Source: a virus. Taken from it: 45,041 bases of DNA. The notes beneath the pieces were generated by a model, which did not search any database, was not told where the DNA came from, and was given only the letters and a program-made list of their open reading frames with translations. The stretch spans positions 1-45,041 of IMG/VR virus record IMGVR_UViG_3300028578_000005; one strand, written 5' to 3'. The translations under genes and the position numbers were made by a program. Of the stretch, positions 7,954 to 16,436 are shown piece by piece. How positions within the stretch are numbered: the first letter of the stretch is position 1; every line of letters begins with the position of its first letter.

Positions 7954-8151
7954 TGGCCGAGCTCGGCAACCCCACCTGGACCGGCGTCGTCACCGCCATC
8001 GACCAGCTCCCCGAACGGATCCTCGTCGAGATCCAACTCGAAGGCGCCGAACGCCACCGCCTCGAGTTCCCCGCTGGCCACCCCGTCCCCGGCTTCGGTG
8101 ACCGGGGTCCGCCTCACCCTCACCATCGTCGTCCCCGAGCCCGCGGCCTGA
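7953..8151 (+). CDS. Small hypothetical protein with a second apparent +1 frame switch near 8095-8100
   Basis: ATG 7953 (TGATG overlap). Frame 0 is codon-like through HPVPGF. After that, only frame 1 has high GC3 (VTGVRLTLTIVVPEPAA), ending at TGA 8149-8151, which overlaps ATG 8151. Confidence 0.35.
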
Positions 8152-8318
8152 TGGACGAGCTCGAGCATCTCGAGGTCGAGACGATCAACGGCTCCCGCCA
8201 CGTGCTCGCGGTCGAGTGGGCCTGGGAGAACCTCGAGGGCTGGACGTTCGTCGGCCCCCCTGGTGGGCCGCGGCCGAAGCTCATCATCACCGTCACGCAG
8301 ATGGACGCCTGCACCTGA
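8151..8318 (+). CDS. Hypothetical protein (55 aa)
   Basis: ATG 8151 within ORF 7953..8318. GC3 returns to a high level from this codon. Confidence 0.5.
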   Translation: MDELEHLEVETINGSRHVLAVEWAWENLEGWTFVGPPGGPRPKLIITVTQMDACT

Positions 8319-8665
8319 TGGCCGGCCGCTACGGGACGTCATCCACTGCGCAGCTTCCCGTCGGGATGAACGGGCATGCCCTCGCCCGCATGTACCAGCC
8401 CCAGCCCTGGAAGGCCGCGGCCGCGTGCAGTGGTGTCGACCCCGATCTCTTCTACCCCGAGTGGCCCCCCACCGCCGAGTCCCGCGACCAGGCCGCCGAA
8501 GCCAAGCGCGTCTGCCGCGCCTGCCCCGTCCGCCTCGAGTGCCTCGCCTACGCGCTGGCGACCGGTGAGGAGCTCGGTATCTGGGGTGGCCTCAACGAAC
8601 GCGAACGCCGACGCGTTCGCCGGCTCATGGTCCTCGTCCGCAAGCAGCCGGCGGCGGTCGCATGA
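8318..8665 (+). CDS. whiB: WhiB-family Fe-S transcription factor
   Basis: ATG 8318 (TGATG overlap) within ORF 8216..8665. Classic C-X(n)-C-X2-C-X5-C pattern (ACSGVDP...CRACPVRLEC), then GIWGG and a basic tail. Confidence 0.85.
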   Translation: MAGRYGTSSTAQLPVGMNGHALARMYQPQPWKAAAACSGVDPDLFYPEWPPTAESRDQAAEAKRVCRACPVRLECLAYALATGEELGIWGGLNERERRRVRRLMVLVRKQPAAVA

Positions 8666-8690
8666 TGGTTTCAACGATGGAGGTGCTGTG

Positions 8691-8861
8691 ATGGTGGTCG
8701 TGGTGTGGCTGCTCGTGATGCTCGCTGTGCTCGTCGTCTACCTGGGGGCGCGCGCCGGGATCGCCTGGATGGCCCGGGAGGTCGAGGCGCACCCCGAGCT
8801 GCTCGACGACCCGGAAGTCCGCTGGCTCATGCGGTTCGGCACACGACGGCGGCCGCGCTGA
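8691..8861 (+). CDS. Small membrane protein (56 aa)
   Basis: GGAGG lies 8 nt upstream of ATG 8691. Hydrophobic MVVVVWLLVMLAVLVVYL. Confidence 0.6.
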   Translation: MVVVVWLLVMLAVLVVYLGARAGIAWMAREVEAHPELLDDPEVRWLMRFGTRRRPR

Positions 8862-9229
8862 TGCCGACCTACGTCCTCAAGGCCACACCGGAACGCGACC
8901 TGTACTGCCTCTGGTCGACCGGTGTCGACGGTCCAACCTGGTGGGGCACCCGCGCCGAGATCCTCGAGCTCCTGGTCGAGCAAGACGAGAAGAAGGAGCA
9001 GCACGCGCGTCCCGAAGTCGAGGCCCGGCTGGCGAGGGCTGACGCGACCGGCACCTCCGGGATGCATCCCGGCGCAGGCCAATGGGACGACGACCTGATC
9101 TTCCAGATGGCCGGCACGCTCCCACGTGCCCGTCTCGTCGACTTCCTCGACAGCTACGCCGGCTCGACGGACGAGGACGGCGTGCACGATTCGTGGGACC
9201 TGTCGCTCCTCGAGCCGTTCGATCCGTGA
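8861..9229 (+). CDS. Hypothetical protein (122 aa)
   Basis: ATG 8861 overlaps the upstream TGA, within ORF 8705..9229. High GC3. Confidence 0.65.
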   Translation: MPTYVLKATPERDLYCLWSTGVDGPTWWGTRAEILELLVEQDEKKEQHARPEVEARLARADATGTSGMHPGAGQWDDDLIFQMAGTLPRARLVDFLDSYAGSTDEDGVHDSWDLSLLEPFDP

Positions 9230-10737
9230 CGACGACCGACCCGTGGGCGCTGGCCGCTGACCAGGTCGACCCCCCGCCGGCGCCGCACGTCTTCGAGCTC
9301 CTCGGCTACCGCCCCCACCCCGGCCCCCAGGCCGAGTTCCACCAGATCAGACCGTTCGCCGACGGCGGACCCTGGGACGTCCTCTTCGGCGGCGCGATGG
9401 GTGGCGGCAAAACCGAGGCGCTCCTCCACGACGCGCTCGCCAAGGCCCACCGCTACCCCGGCATCGAGGTGTGGTTCGTCCGCGAGACCTACACCGACAT
9501 CACCCGTGACATCGTCCCCCGCCTCGAGCGCATGGGCTTCGCCGCGGCGATCGGCGGACGATGGAACGGCGGCAACTACACGTTGCGCCTCCCCAACGGC
9601 TCGCGCGTCCGGTTCCTCCACGCCCCCAACACCGCAGCCGCAGCGTCGATCCGTGGCGAGTGCCAGTACCTCATCGTCGACGAGAGCACCCTCATCGACC
9701 CCGAGGCCCTCGACATCCTCGCCCTCCGCGTCCGCTCCGGCGACGCCCGCATCCCCGTCATCGGCATCCGCCGCGGATCCAACCCCGGCGGCATCGGCCA
9801 CGGCCGCACCAAGGAAGCGTTCTACGACCCCGCACCCCTCGGACGCACCCCGATCCCCATCGTCGACGTCGAGACCGGGCTCCCGGTCACCACCGACACC
9901 GGGCGCGTGCTCGAACGCTGGTTCCTTCCGTCGCTGGCGAAGGACAACCCGTCCCTCGACTCGTCGTACACGACCCGGTTCCAGCTCATGACCGACGACG
10001 TCCGCGCCGCGTTCCGCGATGGCGACTGGTCGAGGTTCGCCGGCATGCGCTTCCCCAAGATCGGGAGGTGCATCGTCGAGGCCGGCCAGCTCGGCGACCT
10101 CCCCCTCGGCGGGGTGCGCCGCGGACTCGGCATCGACTGGGGCATGGCCGCACCGTTCGCTGGCGGCTGGGGCCTGGTGCTTAACGAGCAGGTGATCGTC
10201 TACCGCGAGCTCCACGAGGCCGGCCTCTCCGTCACCGAACAAGCAGCGCTCGTGCTCGCCTCGGAGATGCCGGGGGAGCGGCTACCACAGCGCCCGATTC
10301 CGACGTGGCTCGACCCGGCGTGCTGGACGAGGGATCCGCAGAAGCCGATGTCCAAGCCGATTGACGCTGACGCCCCGCCCCCCGGGTCGATCGCCGCGAC
10401 GTTCCGTGCCGCTGGCGTGCCCGTCGAGAAGGCCTACAACGACCGGATCTCCGGGTGGACGCTGATCGACGAGCTGCTCGGTGACCTGCCGGATGGCCGC
10501 CGGCGGATGCTGATCTCCGACGCCTGCCCCAACATCATCCGGTCGCTGTCGAACGCCCCGAGGTCGAAGCGCAACCCGGAGGACGTCGACGAGAACTACG
10601 GCGACGACCATGCTGCCGACGCTGCGCGCTACCTGCTGACGGGGCTCATGCGCCGGTCGATCGTCACGACACGCCGCGGCAGCGGAGGATCTGGTGCGCG
10701 GGGCGCCACCAGCGCCGTCGCTCGGGCCGGGACCTAG
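9226..10737 (+). CDS. Terminase large subunit
   Basis: GTG 9226 (GTGA overlap) within ORF 9082..10737. Walker A GGAMGGGKT, Walker B-like YLIVDEST. Size and position (just before the portal) fit. Confidence 0.85.
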   Translation: MTTTDPWALAADQVDPPPAPHVFELLGYRPHPGPQAEFHQIRPFADGGPWDVLFGGAMGGGKTEALLHDALAKAHRYPGIEVWFVRETYTDITRDIVPRLERMGFAAAIGGRWNGGNYTLRLPNGSRVRFLHAPNTAAAASIRGECQYLIVDESTLIDPEALDILALRVRSGDARIPVIGIRRGSNPGGIGHGRTKEAFYDPAPLGRTPIPIVDVETGLPVTTDTGRVLERWFLPSLAKDNPSLDSSYTTRFQLMTDDVRAAFRDGDWSRFAGMRFPKIGRCIVEAGQLGDLPLGGVRRGLGIDWGMAAPFAGGWGLVLNEQVIVYRELHEAGLSVTEQAALVLASEMPGERLPQRPIPTWLDPACWTRDPQKPMSKPIDADAPPPGSIAATFRAAGVPVEKAYNDRISGWTLIDELLGDLPDGRRRMLISDACPNIIRSLSNAPRSKRNPEDVDENYGDDHAADAARYLLTGLMRRSIVTTRRGSGGSGARGATSAVARAGT

Positions 10738-10790
10738 ACAGCTCTGGACTGAACGGCACCAACCCGCCTCCACTGAGACCAGGTAGGACG

Positions 10791-10824
10791 TAGCCGGGGC
10801 CTTGCTCGCCCCGTCGGGCATCGT
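10791..10824 (+). promoter_or_regulatory. Late-promoter-like module 1: TAGCCGGGGCCT-N16-CATCGT, 6 nt before GTG 10831
   Basis: Exact 12-mer plus CAnnnT at +28. There is no Shine-Dalgarno before the portal start. Confidence 0.6.
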
Positions 10825-10830
10825 CCCGGC

Positions 10831-12186
10831 GTGGCCCTCAAGGACGCACCCACCGGCGAGATCGGCGCCCCCGGCATCGCCTCCAGCATCGACGGCTGGA
10901 TCGACTCCTGGGACGACAACCCCCTCCTCCGGTGGCCCCACAACGTCCACATCTACGACCGCATGCGCACCGACGCCCACCTCGAGTCCGGGCTCGACGC
11001 CATCCACCTCCCGATCCTCCAGACCCCCTGGGACCTCACCCCCGACAGCGTCGCCGAATGCCGTCCCGAGGTCGTCAAGCTCGTCCGCGAGGACATCGGC
11101 ATCGCCGAGAAGGGCACCCGGCTACGCCGGCCACGCAACGCCGTCGTGTTCGACGACTTCCTCCGCCACGCGCTCCTCCAAGACGTGTTCGGGCACATGG
11201 TCTTCGAGCAGTGCGCCGAGGTCATCGACGGGAAGGCCCGCCTCCGGAAGCTCGCACCCCGCATGCCCAAGACCATCCAGGGCTGGGACCTCGACCGGCA
11301 CGGCGGCCTCCAGGCCATCAAGCAGCTCATCCCGCTCCCCAACGGCCAGTGGGACGAGAAGCGCATCGCCATCAACCGGCTTGTCGTGTTTACCCGCCGC
11401 AAGGAAGGGTCCGACCCCACCGGCCGCTCCATCCTCCGGTCCGCGTGGGTGCACTGGATCGACAAGGTCGGGCTCCTCAAGGTCGACACGATGTCCGGCG
11501 AACGCAACGGCATGGGCGTCCCCGTCGTGTACTACGACCCCAACCGCATGACGAAGAAGGAGGCGCTCGACATCGCGTCGAACGTGAGGGCAGGCGAGTT
11601 CGCCGCCGCAGCGTTCGAGGAAGGCGCCGGCCGGCTCGAGCTCCTCGGCGTCGATGGCCAGGTGAAGGACCTCATGGCGTCGATCCGGTACCACGACCAG
11701 GAGATGTCGCGGCGCATGCTGGCGATGTTCCTCGACCTCGGCCACGACAACGGCGCACGGTCCCTCGGCGAGACGTTCGTCGACTTCTTCGTCATGGCCG
11801 TCCAGGCCGAAGCGAAGCACATCGCCGGGGTCATCAACGAGCACGTGATCCGCGACCTCGTCGAGTGGAACTACGGGCCCGACGAGCCCTGGCCGCTCCT
11901 CGAGTGCGACGAGATCACCGCGGACGCCGACGTGACCGCGGCGTCGCTCAAGATGCTTGCCGAATCGGGCTACATCATCCCGGATCCGGCCAGCGAGGCG
12001 GTGCTCCGCCGCCGGTACCGGCTTCCCGAGTCGCCGATCGGCGCGCCCCCTGGGATCGCTCCGGTCAACCGTGTCGACCAGCCCGACGAGACGCCCGACG
12101 ACGGCACGATCGAGGCGCTCGAGCAGCAGGTGGCGCGGCTCAAGGCCGGGCCCCGGGCTGTGCCGACTCGCGTAGCATCAACCTGA
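10831..12186 (+). CDS. Portal protein (Mu gp29 / DUF935-like)
   Basis: ORF track. 451 aa, immediately after the large terminase and before the MuF-like gene. Confidence 0.8.
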   Translation: MALKDAPTGEIGAPGIASSIDGWIDSWDDNPLLRWPHNVHIYDRMRTDAHLESGLDAIHLPILQTPWDLTPDSVAECRPEVVKLVREDIGIAEKGTRLRRPRNAVVFDDFLRHALLQDVFGHMVFEQCAEVIDGKARLRKLAPRMPKTIQGWDLDRHGGLQAIKQLIPLPNGQWDEKRIAINRLVVFTRRKEGSDPTGRSILRSAWVHWIDKVGLLKVDTMSGERNGMGVPVVYYDPNRMTKKEALDIASNVRAGEFAAAAFEEGAGRLELLGVDGQVKDLMASIRYHDQEMSRRMLAMFLDLGHDNGARSLGETFVDFFVMAVQAEAKHIAGVINEHVIRDLVEWNYGPDEPWPLLECDEITADADVTAASLKMLAESGYIIPDPASEAVLRRRYRLPESPIGAPPGIAPVNRVDQPDETPDDGTIEALEQQVARLKAGPRAVPTRVAST

Positions 12187-12200
12187 CCTAGGAGGCCGTC

Positions 12201-12386
12201 GTGCTGGAGTTCGTGATCTGCCAGGACCTCCGAGGCGAATGGCGGTGGCGGCTCGTCGCACCGAACGGCCGGGTCATGGCCGACTCCGCCGAGGGCTACC
12301 TGGATCCGACGAACGTCCGCGACGCGCTGGACCGGATCCTGTCGGGCATCGGCGACCGCGAGTACTCCATCGTCGACGCGGCGTGA
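12201..12386 (+). CDS. DUF1508 (YegP-like) small protein
   Basis: ORF track. AGGAGG lies 6 nt upstream. GEWRWRLVAPNGRVMADSAEGY matches the DUF1508 signature as I recall it. Confidence 0.65.
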   Translation: MLEFVICQDLRGEWRWRLVAPNGRVMADSAEGYLDPTNVRDALDRILSGIGDREYSIVDAA

Positions 12387-13345
12387 ACCACCAGCACCTC
12401 GCAGACCAGCTGAGCGCGGCCGAGCTCGAACAGCGGATCCACGTGATGCGCTCCGACCTCGCCGCGGGCACCGTCCCGGCGGGGATGCGCCGCCCCCTCT
12501 TCGACCACGAGGTGCAGGCCCGGACGAACTTCGCGGGGATCGAAGATGACGTGCTCGCCGAGGCCGGGATCATCGGCGCCCGACTCGGGGAGTCGAGGAT
12601 CAGGTTCATCGAGCTCGTCATGGCCGAGCTCCGCCGTGTCGTGTTGATCGCGTCGCCGGTCGCGCCGATCCAGCGGATCGCCCAGAGGATCTTCGACGCC
12701 GACGGGCCCGACGGGCTGCGCGCTATCTCTGGCGCGGCTGAGCTGCTCGAGAAGGACGCGCAGTGGCACCGCGGGCGGCTCACGGTGGCGGGGGAGAAGG
12801 GGTTCCGACAGATCCTCCGCGAGGCCGCCGCGCAGGCGTTCCCCGTGCCGGAGGGCCTGGCGCTCAAGCTCGATGCGGACCAGGCCGACCATCTCGACCT
12901 CGCGGCGCGTCGGTTGGCGCAGGCCCCGCACGTGGACGTGATCCGTGCGCTGCGTGAGCAGGTGTACGTCGAACCGCGCGGGTTCGTCCGGCCCGAGCAG
13001 GTCATCAGCTCACTCGACGTCCACGCCCGCGGCCTGTCACCGGGGCCGTTGCAGCAGTACGCGTCGGACGCGTCCGCGCAGGCCACCGGCATCGGCAGGA
13101 TCGCCACTGCGACGGTGATGCCCGACGCCCGGGCCTACTACGCGTCCGAGCTCCTCGACCGTGCGACGTGCGGGCCGTGCTCGCTCATGGACGGCCACCA
13201 GTTCCGCGACCTGCTCGACATGCGGGCCGACTACCCCTTCGGCCAGTACCGCAAGTGCGAAGGCGGCTCGCGCTGCCGGGGCACCCCCGTGATCGTCTGG
13301 GCAGCCGAGGCCGAGCCCACGTTGCGCACCGCCGGCGACCGATAG
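12383..13345 (+). CDS. Head morphogenesis protein (MuF / SPP1 gp7-like)
   Basis: GTG 12383 (GTGA overlap) within ORF 12239..13345. Position after the portal. C-terminal Cys cluster CGPC...C....C. Confidence 0.65.
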   Translation: MNHQHLADQLSAAELEQRIHVMRSDLAAGTVPAGMRRPLFDHEVQARTNFAGIEDDVLAEAGIIGARLGESRIRFIELVMAELRRVVLIASPVAPIQRIAQRIFDADGPDGLRAISGAAELLEKDAQWHRGRLTVAGEKGFRQILREAAAQAFPVPEGLALKLDADQADHLDLAARRLAQAPHVDVIRALREQVYVEPRGFVRPEQVISSLDVHARGLSPGPLQQYASDASAQATGIGRIATATVMPDARAYYASELLDRATCGPCSLMDGHQFRDLLDMRADYPFGQYRKCEGGSRCRGTPVIVWAAEAEPTLRTAGDR

Positions 13346-13376
13346 CCGGGGCCTGACACGGGCCCGCTCGCACGCT
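13343..13376 (+). promoter_or_regulatory. Late-promoter-like module 2: TAGCCGGGGCCT-N16-CACGCT, 7 nt before ATG 13384
   Basis: The TAG of the box is the stop codon of the MuF-like gene. There is no Shine-Dalgarno before ATG 13384. Confidence 0.6.
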
Positions 13377-13383
13377 GTGCGGC

Positions 13384-14721
13384 ATGCCCGAAGCGACCGG
13401 CACCGTCACGATCCCGGACGTCACGATCCTCCGGCCAGGCACCTGGGCCGCGTCCACCGGACCCGTCACCGTCACCGCCGACCACATCGCCGACGCACTC
13501 GCCGCGTTCGCCGACCCCCAGATCGACACTGCCCCCCTCAAGCTCGGCCACACCGGCAAGCTCTCCGACCTCGGCGACTCCGAACCCGGCCTCGGCTGGC
13601 TCGACAACCTGCGCCTCGCCGACGACGGCGCAGTCGTCGCCGACCTGGTCGACATCCCCGCGTCACTTGAGCCGGCGATCAAGGCCGGGTTCAAGCGCCG
13701 TTCCGCCGAGCTCGCCTGGGGCGTCACCACCACCGGCGGCAAGAAGTACTCGATGGTCATCGACGGCCTCGCTCTCCTCGGTGTGCAGCGCCCCGCGGTA
13801 AAGGGCCTCGAGGACCTCGGGAAGCTCTACACCCCCGCCACCCTCGCGTCCGACGGCCTCGAAGCTGAGTCGCACTCGCGGCTCGCGTTCTACGACATCG
13901 CCCCCGACGAACCGACCCGGCCCGAGAAGATCGCCAACGCGGCGGAGTGGGCGAAGGAGTCCGTCGCGCGCCTCGCCGCGCTCGTCGGCGTGACCGGTCT
14001 CCAGGCCGCGTTCGACGCCATCGACGCGATGACTCGGACGGATAGCCGGGGCCTCCTCGCCGCCGGCCCGCAGAGTGACCCGCATGCACCGCAGCCTCCC
14101 GGAGGGAAGCCGATGAGCACCACCCCGACCCTGAGCGCTGAGCAGCTGGCCGAGGCCCGCACCAAGCTCGGCCTCGCCGACGACGCCACCGACGAGCAGG
14201 TCGTGGCCAAGCTCTCCGAGCTCGACGCCCTGGTGACAGCCATGCGCCCTCCGTCCGCCGGCACGGACGCCGGCGATGGCGGTACGGGTGACGGCACCAC
14301 CACGGGCGAGCCCGCCACCGCCGGCGCGGCCCTGTCCGCGGACCAGCTGCAGGCCGCCGGGCTCGTGACCCTGCCCGCCGCCGCCCTCGCACAGATCCAG
14401 GCCGACGCCGCCGCCGGCAAGCAGGCCGCCACCCACCTCGCCGAGAAGCGCCGCGACGACCTCCTCGACGAGGCCGAGCGCGCCGGCAAGTTCGGCGCCG
14501 GCGACGCCGCCAAGGCCACCCGCACGAACCTCGCGGCGCTCCTCGACACCAACTACGCGGGCACCAAGGCCCTCATCGACGGGATGCCCGCCCTCGTCCC
14601 CGTCGGCGAGATCGGCAACGACTCGCCCGGCCCCGCCCACTCCGAGCTCGCCGCCGGCCAGGCCGACGCCTGGGCCAAGTGGGAGGACGAGGTCTTCGGT
14701 CTCACGGAGGAGAACGCCTGA
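13384..14721 (+). CDS. Capsid maturation protease fused to scaffolding domain (Mu gpI-like arrangement)
   Basis: ORF track. N-terminal globular part with LKLGHTG...GLGWL. C-terminal Ala/Glu/Asp-rich coiled-coil-like half. Lies before the capsid gene. Confidence 0.65.
   Translation: MPEATGTVTIPDVTILRPGTWAASTGPVTVTADHIADALAAFADPQIDTAPLKLGHTGKLSDLGDSEPGLGWLDNLRLADDGAVVADLVDIPASLEPAIKAGFKRRSAELAWGVTTTGGKKYSMVIDGLALLGVQRPAVKGLEDLGKLYTPATLASDGLEAESHSRLAFYDIAPDEPTRPEKIANAAEWAKESVARLAALVGVTGLQAAFDAIDAMTRTDSRGLLAAGPQSDPHAPQPPGGKPMSTTPTLSAEQLAEARTKLGLADDATDEQVVAKLSELDALVTAMRPPSAGTDAGDGGTGDGTTTGEPATAGAALSADQLQAAGLVTLPAAALAQIQADAAAGKQAATHLAEKRRDDLLDEAERAGKFGAGDAAKATRTNLAALLDTNYAGTKALIDGMPALVPVGEIGNDSPGPAHSELAAGQADAWAKWEDEVFGLTEENA
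14043..14076 (+). promoter_or_regulatory. Late-promoter-like module 3 (internal to protease gene): TAGCCGGGGCCT-N16-CAGAGT
   Basis: Same spacing as the other modules. It is followed 7 nt later by ATG 14084 of a 10-codon mini-ORF that ends on the nested scaffold start. Confidence 0.5.
14113..14721 (+). CDS. Nested scaffolding protein (in-frame internal start)
   Basis: GGAGGG at 14101-14106 then ATG 14113, in the protease frame. Encodes 202 aa of low-complexity helical sequence. Confidence 0.5.
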   Translation: MSTTPTLSAEQLAEARTKLGLADDATDEQVVAKLSELDALVTAMRPPSAGTDAGDGGTGDGTTTGEPATAGAALSADQLQAAGLVTLPAAALAQIQADAAAGKQAATHLAEKRRDDLLDEAERAGKFGAGDAAKATRTNLAALLDTNYAGTKALIDGMPALVPVGEIGNDSPGPAHSELAAGQADAWAKWEDEVFGLTEENA

Positions 14722-15101
14722 TGGCCAACGACTGCTTCCCGCTCTTCGACGCCGGCGCCAAGCCGACGTGCCACTGCGAAGCGGCCGTCACGGGCAAGCG
14801 CTTCGTCGAGGTCTCCGGCCCGATGGTCAACGGCCTCATCCAGATCTCCCACGCCACCGCGGCGGGCACGGTCTTCGGCGTCGCCTTCCGCGACACCGCG
14901 ATCGCCGGGACCTGCGGGGTCTACACCGACGGCATCGTCCCGGTCACCGCCGGCGGCGCGTTCTCCGCCGGGCAGCTCCTCGAGGTCGGCGCCGACGGCA
15001 AGGCCGTCGTGCTCGCCGCCGGCATCCCGGTCGCCAAGGCCATGAGCGACGGCGTCAACAACGCCGACGCGTTCGTCCAGCTACTGCGCACTCCGGCCTG
15101 A
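14721..15101 (+). CDS. DUF2190-like head decoration / capsid cement protein candidate
   Basis: ATG 14721 (TGATG overlap) within ORF 14679..15101. 126 aa and Gly/Ala/Val-rich. Lies between the scaffold and the major capsid gene. Confidence 0.6.
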   Translation: MANDCFPLFDAGAKPTCHCEAAVTGKRFVEVSGPMVNGLIQISHATAAGTVFGVAFRDTAIAGTCGVYTDGIVPVTAGGAFSAGQLLEVGADGKAVVLAAGIPVAKAMSDGVNNADAFVQLLRTPA

Positions 15102-15115
15102 GCCAAGGAGAACCG

Positions 15116-16021
15116 ATGCCCGCCAACCCGCTTGCCTACGCCCCGCTCGTCCCCACGGTCGACGCGAACGGCATCATCGGCAACCTCGAGTTCTGGCTCA
15201 ACCAGCCCGCGCGCGTCCAGCGCGTCGCTCGCAGCCTCGTCAACCAGCGGTTCGTCGCCGACGTCATCTTCGGCACCGGTCCCCAGGCCAGCGGCGGCGC
15301 GGTCATGTACGACCAGGTCACCGAGAACGACCTGTACCTCACCAGGGACGTGCAGGAGATCCAGGCCGGTGCGGACTACCCCGTCCTCACCGACGAGGCG
15401 CCCACCCCGAAGATGGCGGCGGTCAAGAAGTGGGGCGGCCGGGTCTTCGTCACCGACGAGGACCGCGACCGCAACGCCTACAACGTCGTCACCCGGGAGC
15501 TCACCAAGCTCGGCAACACGGTCATCCGCAAGGTCGACGGCGTCGCCATCGCCTCGCTCCTCGCCGCCCCGATCCTGAGCGACGTCGGCACCGACTGGTC
15601 CGATCCCGTCGCCGGCGACCCGATCGGCGACATCGTCAACGGCCGCCAGCTCTCCAACGCGCTCGACATGGGCTACGAGCTCGACACCGTCCTCATCAAC
15701 AGCCAGGAGGAGGCGTCACTCCTCGGGATCAAGACCTTCCGCGAGTCCCTCTCGGACCCGTCGAAGGACGCGATCGTGCGAGGCGCCAACCTCGGCAAGG
15801 TCATGCGGATGGACTTCATCGTCTCGAACCGGATCACCCCGGGCGAGGCGATCATCCTCGAGCGCGGCACCGTCGGCGGCATCTCCAACGAGGTGCCGTA
15901 CCAGACCAAGACCTACCGCGAGGAGGGGGCCGACAAGACGTGGGTCCAGGGCTCCCGCCGGGTCGTGCCCTACGTGACCGACCCGAAGGCCGTCGTCCGC
16001 CTCACCGGCCTCGCCGGCTGA
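15116..16021 (+). CDS. Major capsid protein (Mu gpT-like size and position)
   Basis: AAGGAG lies 5 nt upstream of ATG 15116, within ORF 14768..16021. 301 aa with strong codon bias. Confidence 0.8.
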   Translation: MPANPLAYAPLVPTVDANGIIGNLEFWLNQPARVQRVARSLVNQRFVADVIFGTGPQASGGAVMYDQVTENDLYLTRDVQEIQAGADYPVLTDEAPTPKMAAVKKWGGRVFVTDEDRDRNAYNVVTRELTKLGNTVIRKVDGVAIASLLAAPILSDVGTDWSDPVAGDPIGDIVNGRQLSNALDMGYELDTVLINSQEEASLLGIKTFRESLSDPSKDAIVRGANLGKVMRMDFIVSNRITPGEAIILERGTVGGISNEVPYQTKTYREEGADKTWVQGSRRVVPYVTDPKAVVRLTGLAG

Positions 16022-16043
16022 TCCCGAAGGGACCACCTCCGCC

Positions 16044-16424
16044 ATGACCAAGCGCATCGTCATCACCGACGGGTTCACCTGGCACACCCCGACCGGCATC
16101 AACGGCCTGCCCCGGAAGCACCGGGCCCTCAAGGGCGACGAGATCGACGTCGACCTCGCCACCCTCAACGCCGCGCAGCTCGCCGCGCTCGCCGACCCAT
16201 CCGACGCGGCCACGATCGAGGCGTCGCAGTCCGACGGGTGGGTCCAGAAGACCGACGACGAGATCGCCGGCCTGTCGGTCGAGGAGATCGTCGCCTACCT
16301 CAACTCGGCGCCCGAGGACCTGCACGACAGCGAGACCGAGCGCCTGGTCGTCCTCGAGGAGCAGGGCAAGCAGCGCAAGAGCGTCCTCGCGCTCCTCGGG
16401 CCCGTCTCCGACGACGAGGACTAG
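16044..16424 (+). CDS. Hypothetical head-associated protein
   Basis: ORF track. High GC3. Acidic C-terminus. Confidence 0.65.
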   Translation: MTKRIVITDGFTWHTPTGINGLPRKHRALKGDEIDVDLATLNAAQLAALADPSDAATIEASQSDGWVQKTDDEIAGLSVEEIVAYLNSAPEDLHDSETERLVVLEEQGKQRKSVLALLGPVSDDED

Positions 16425-16436
16425 GCGCAGGCCGCC

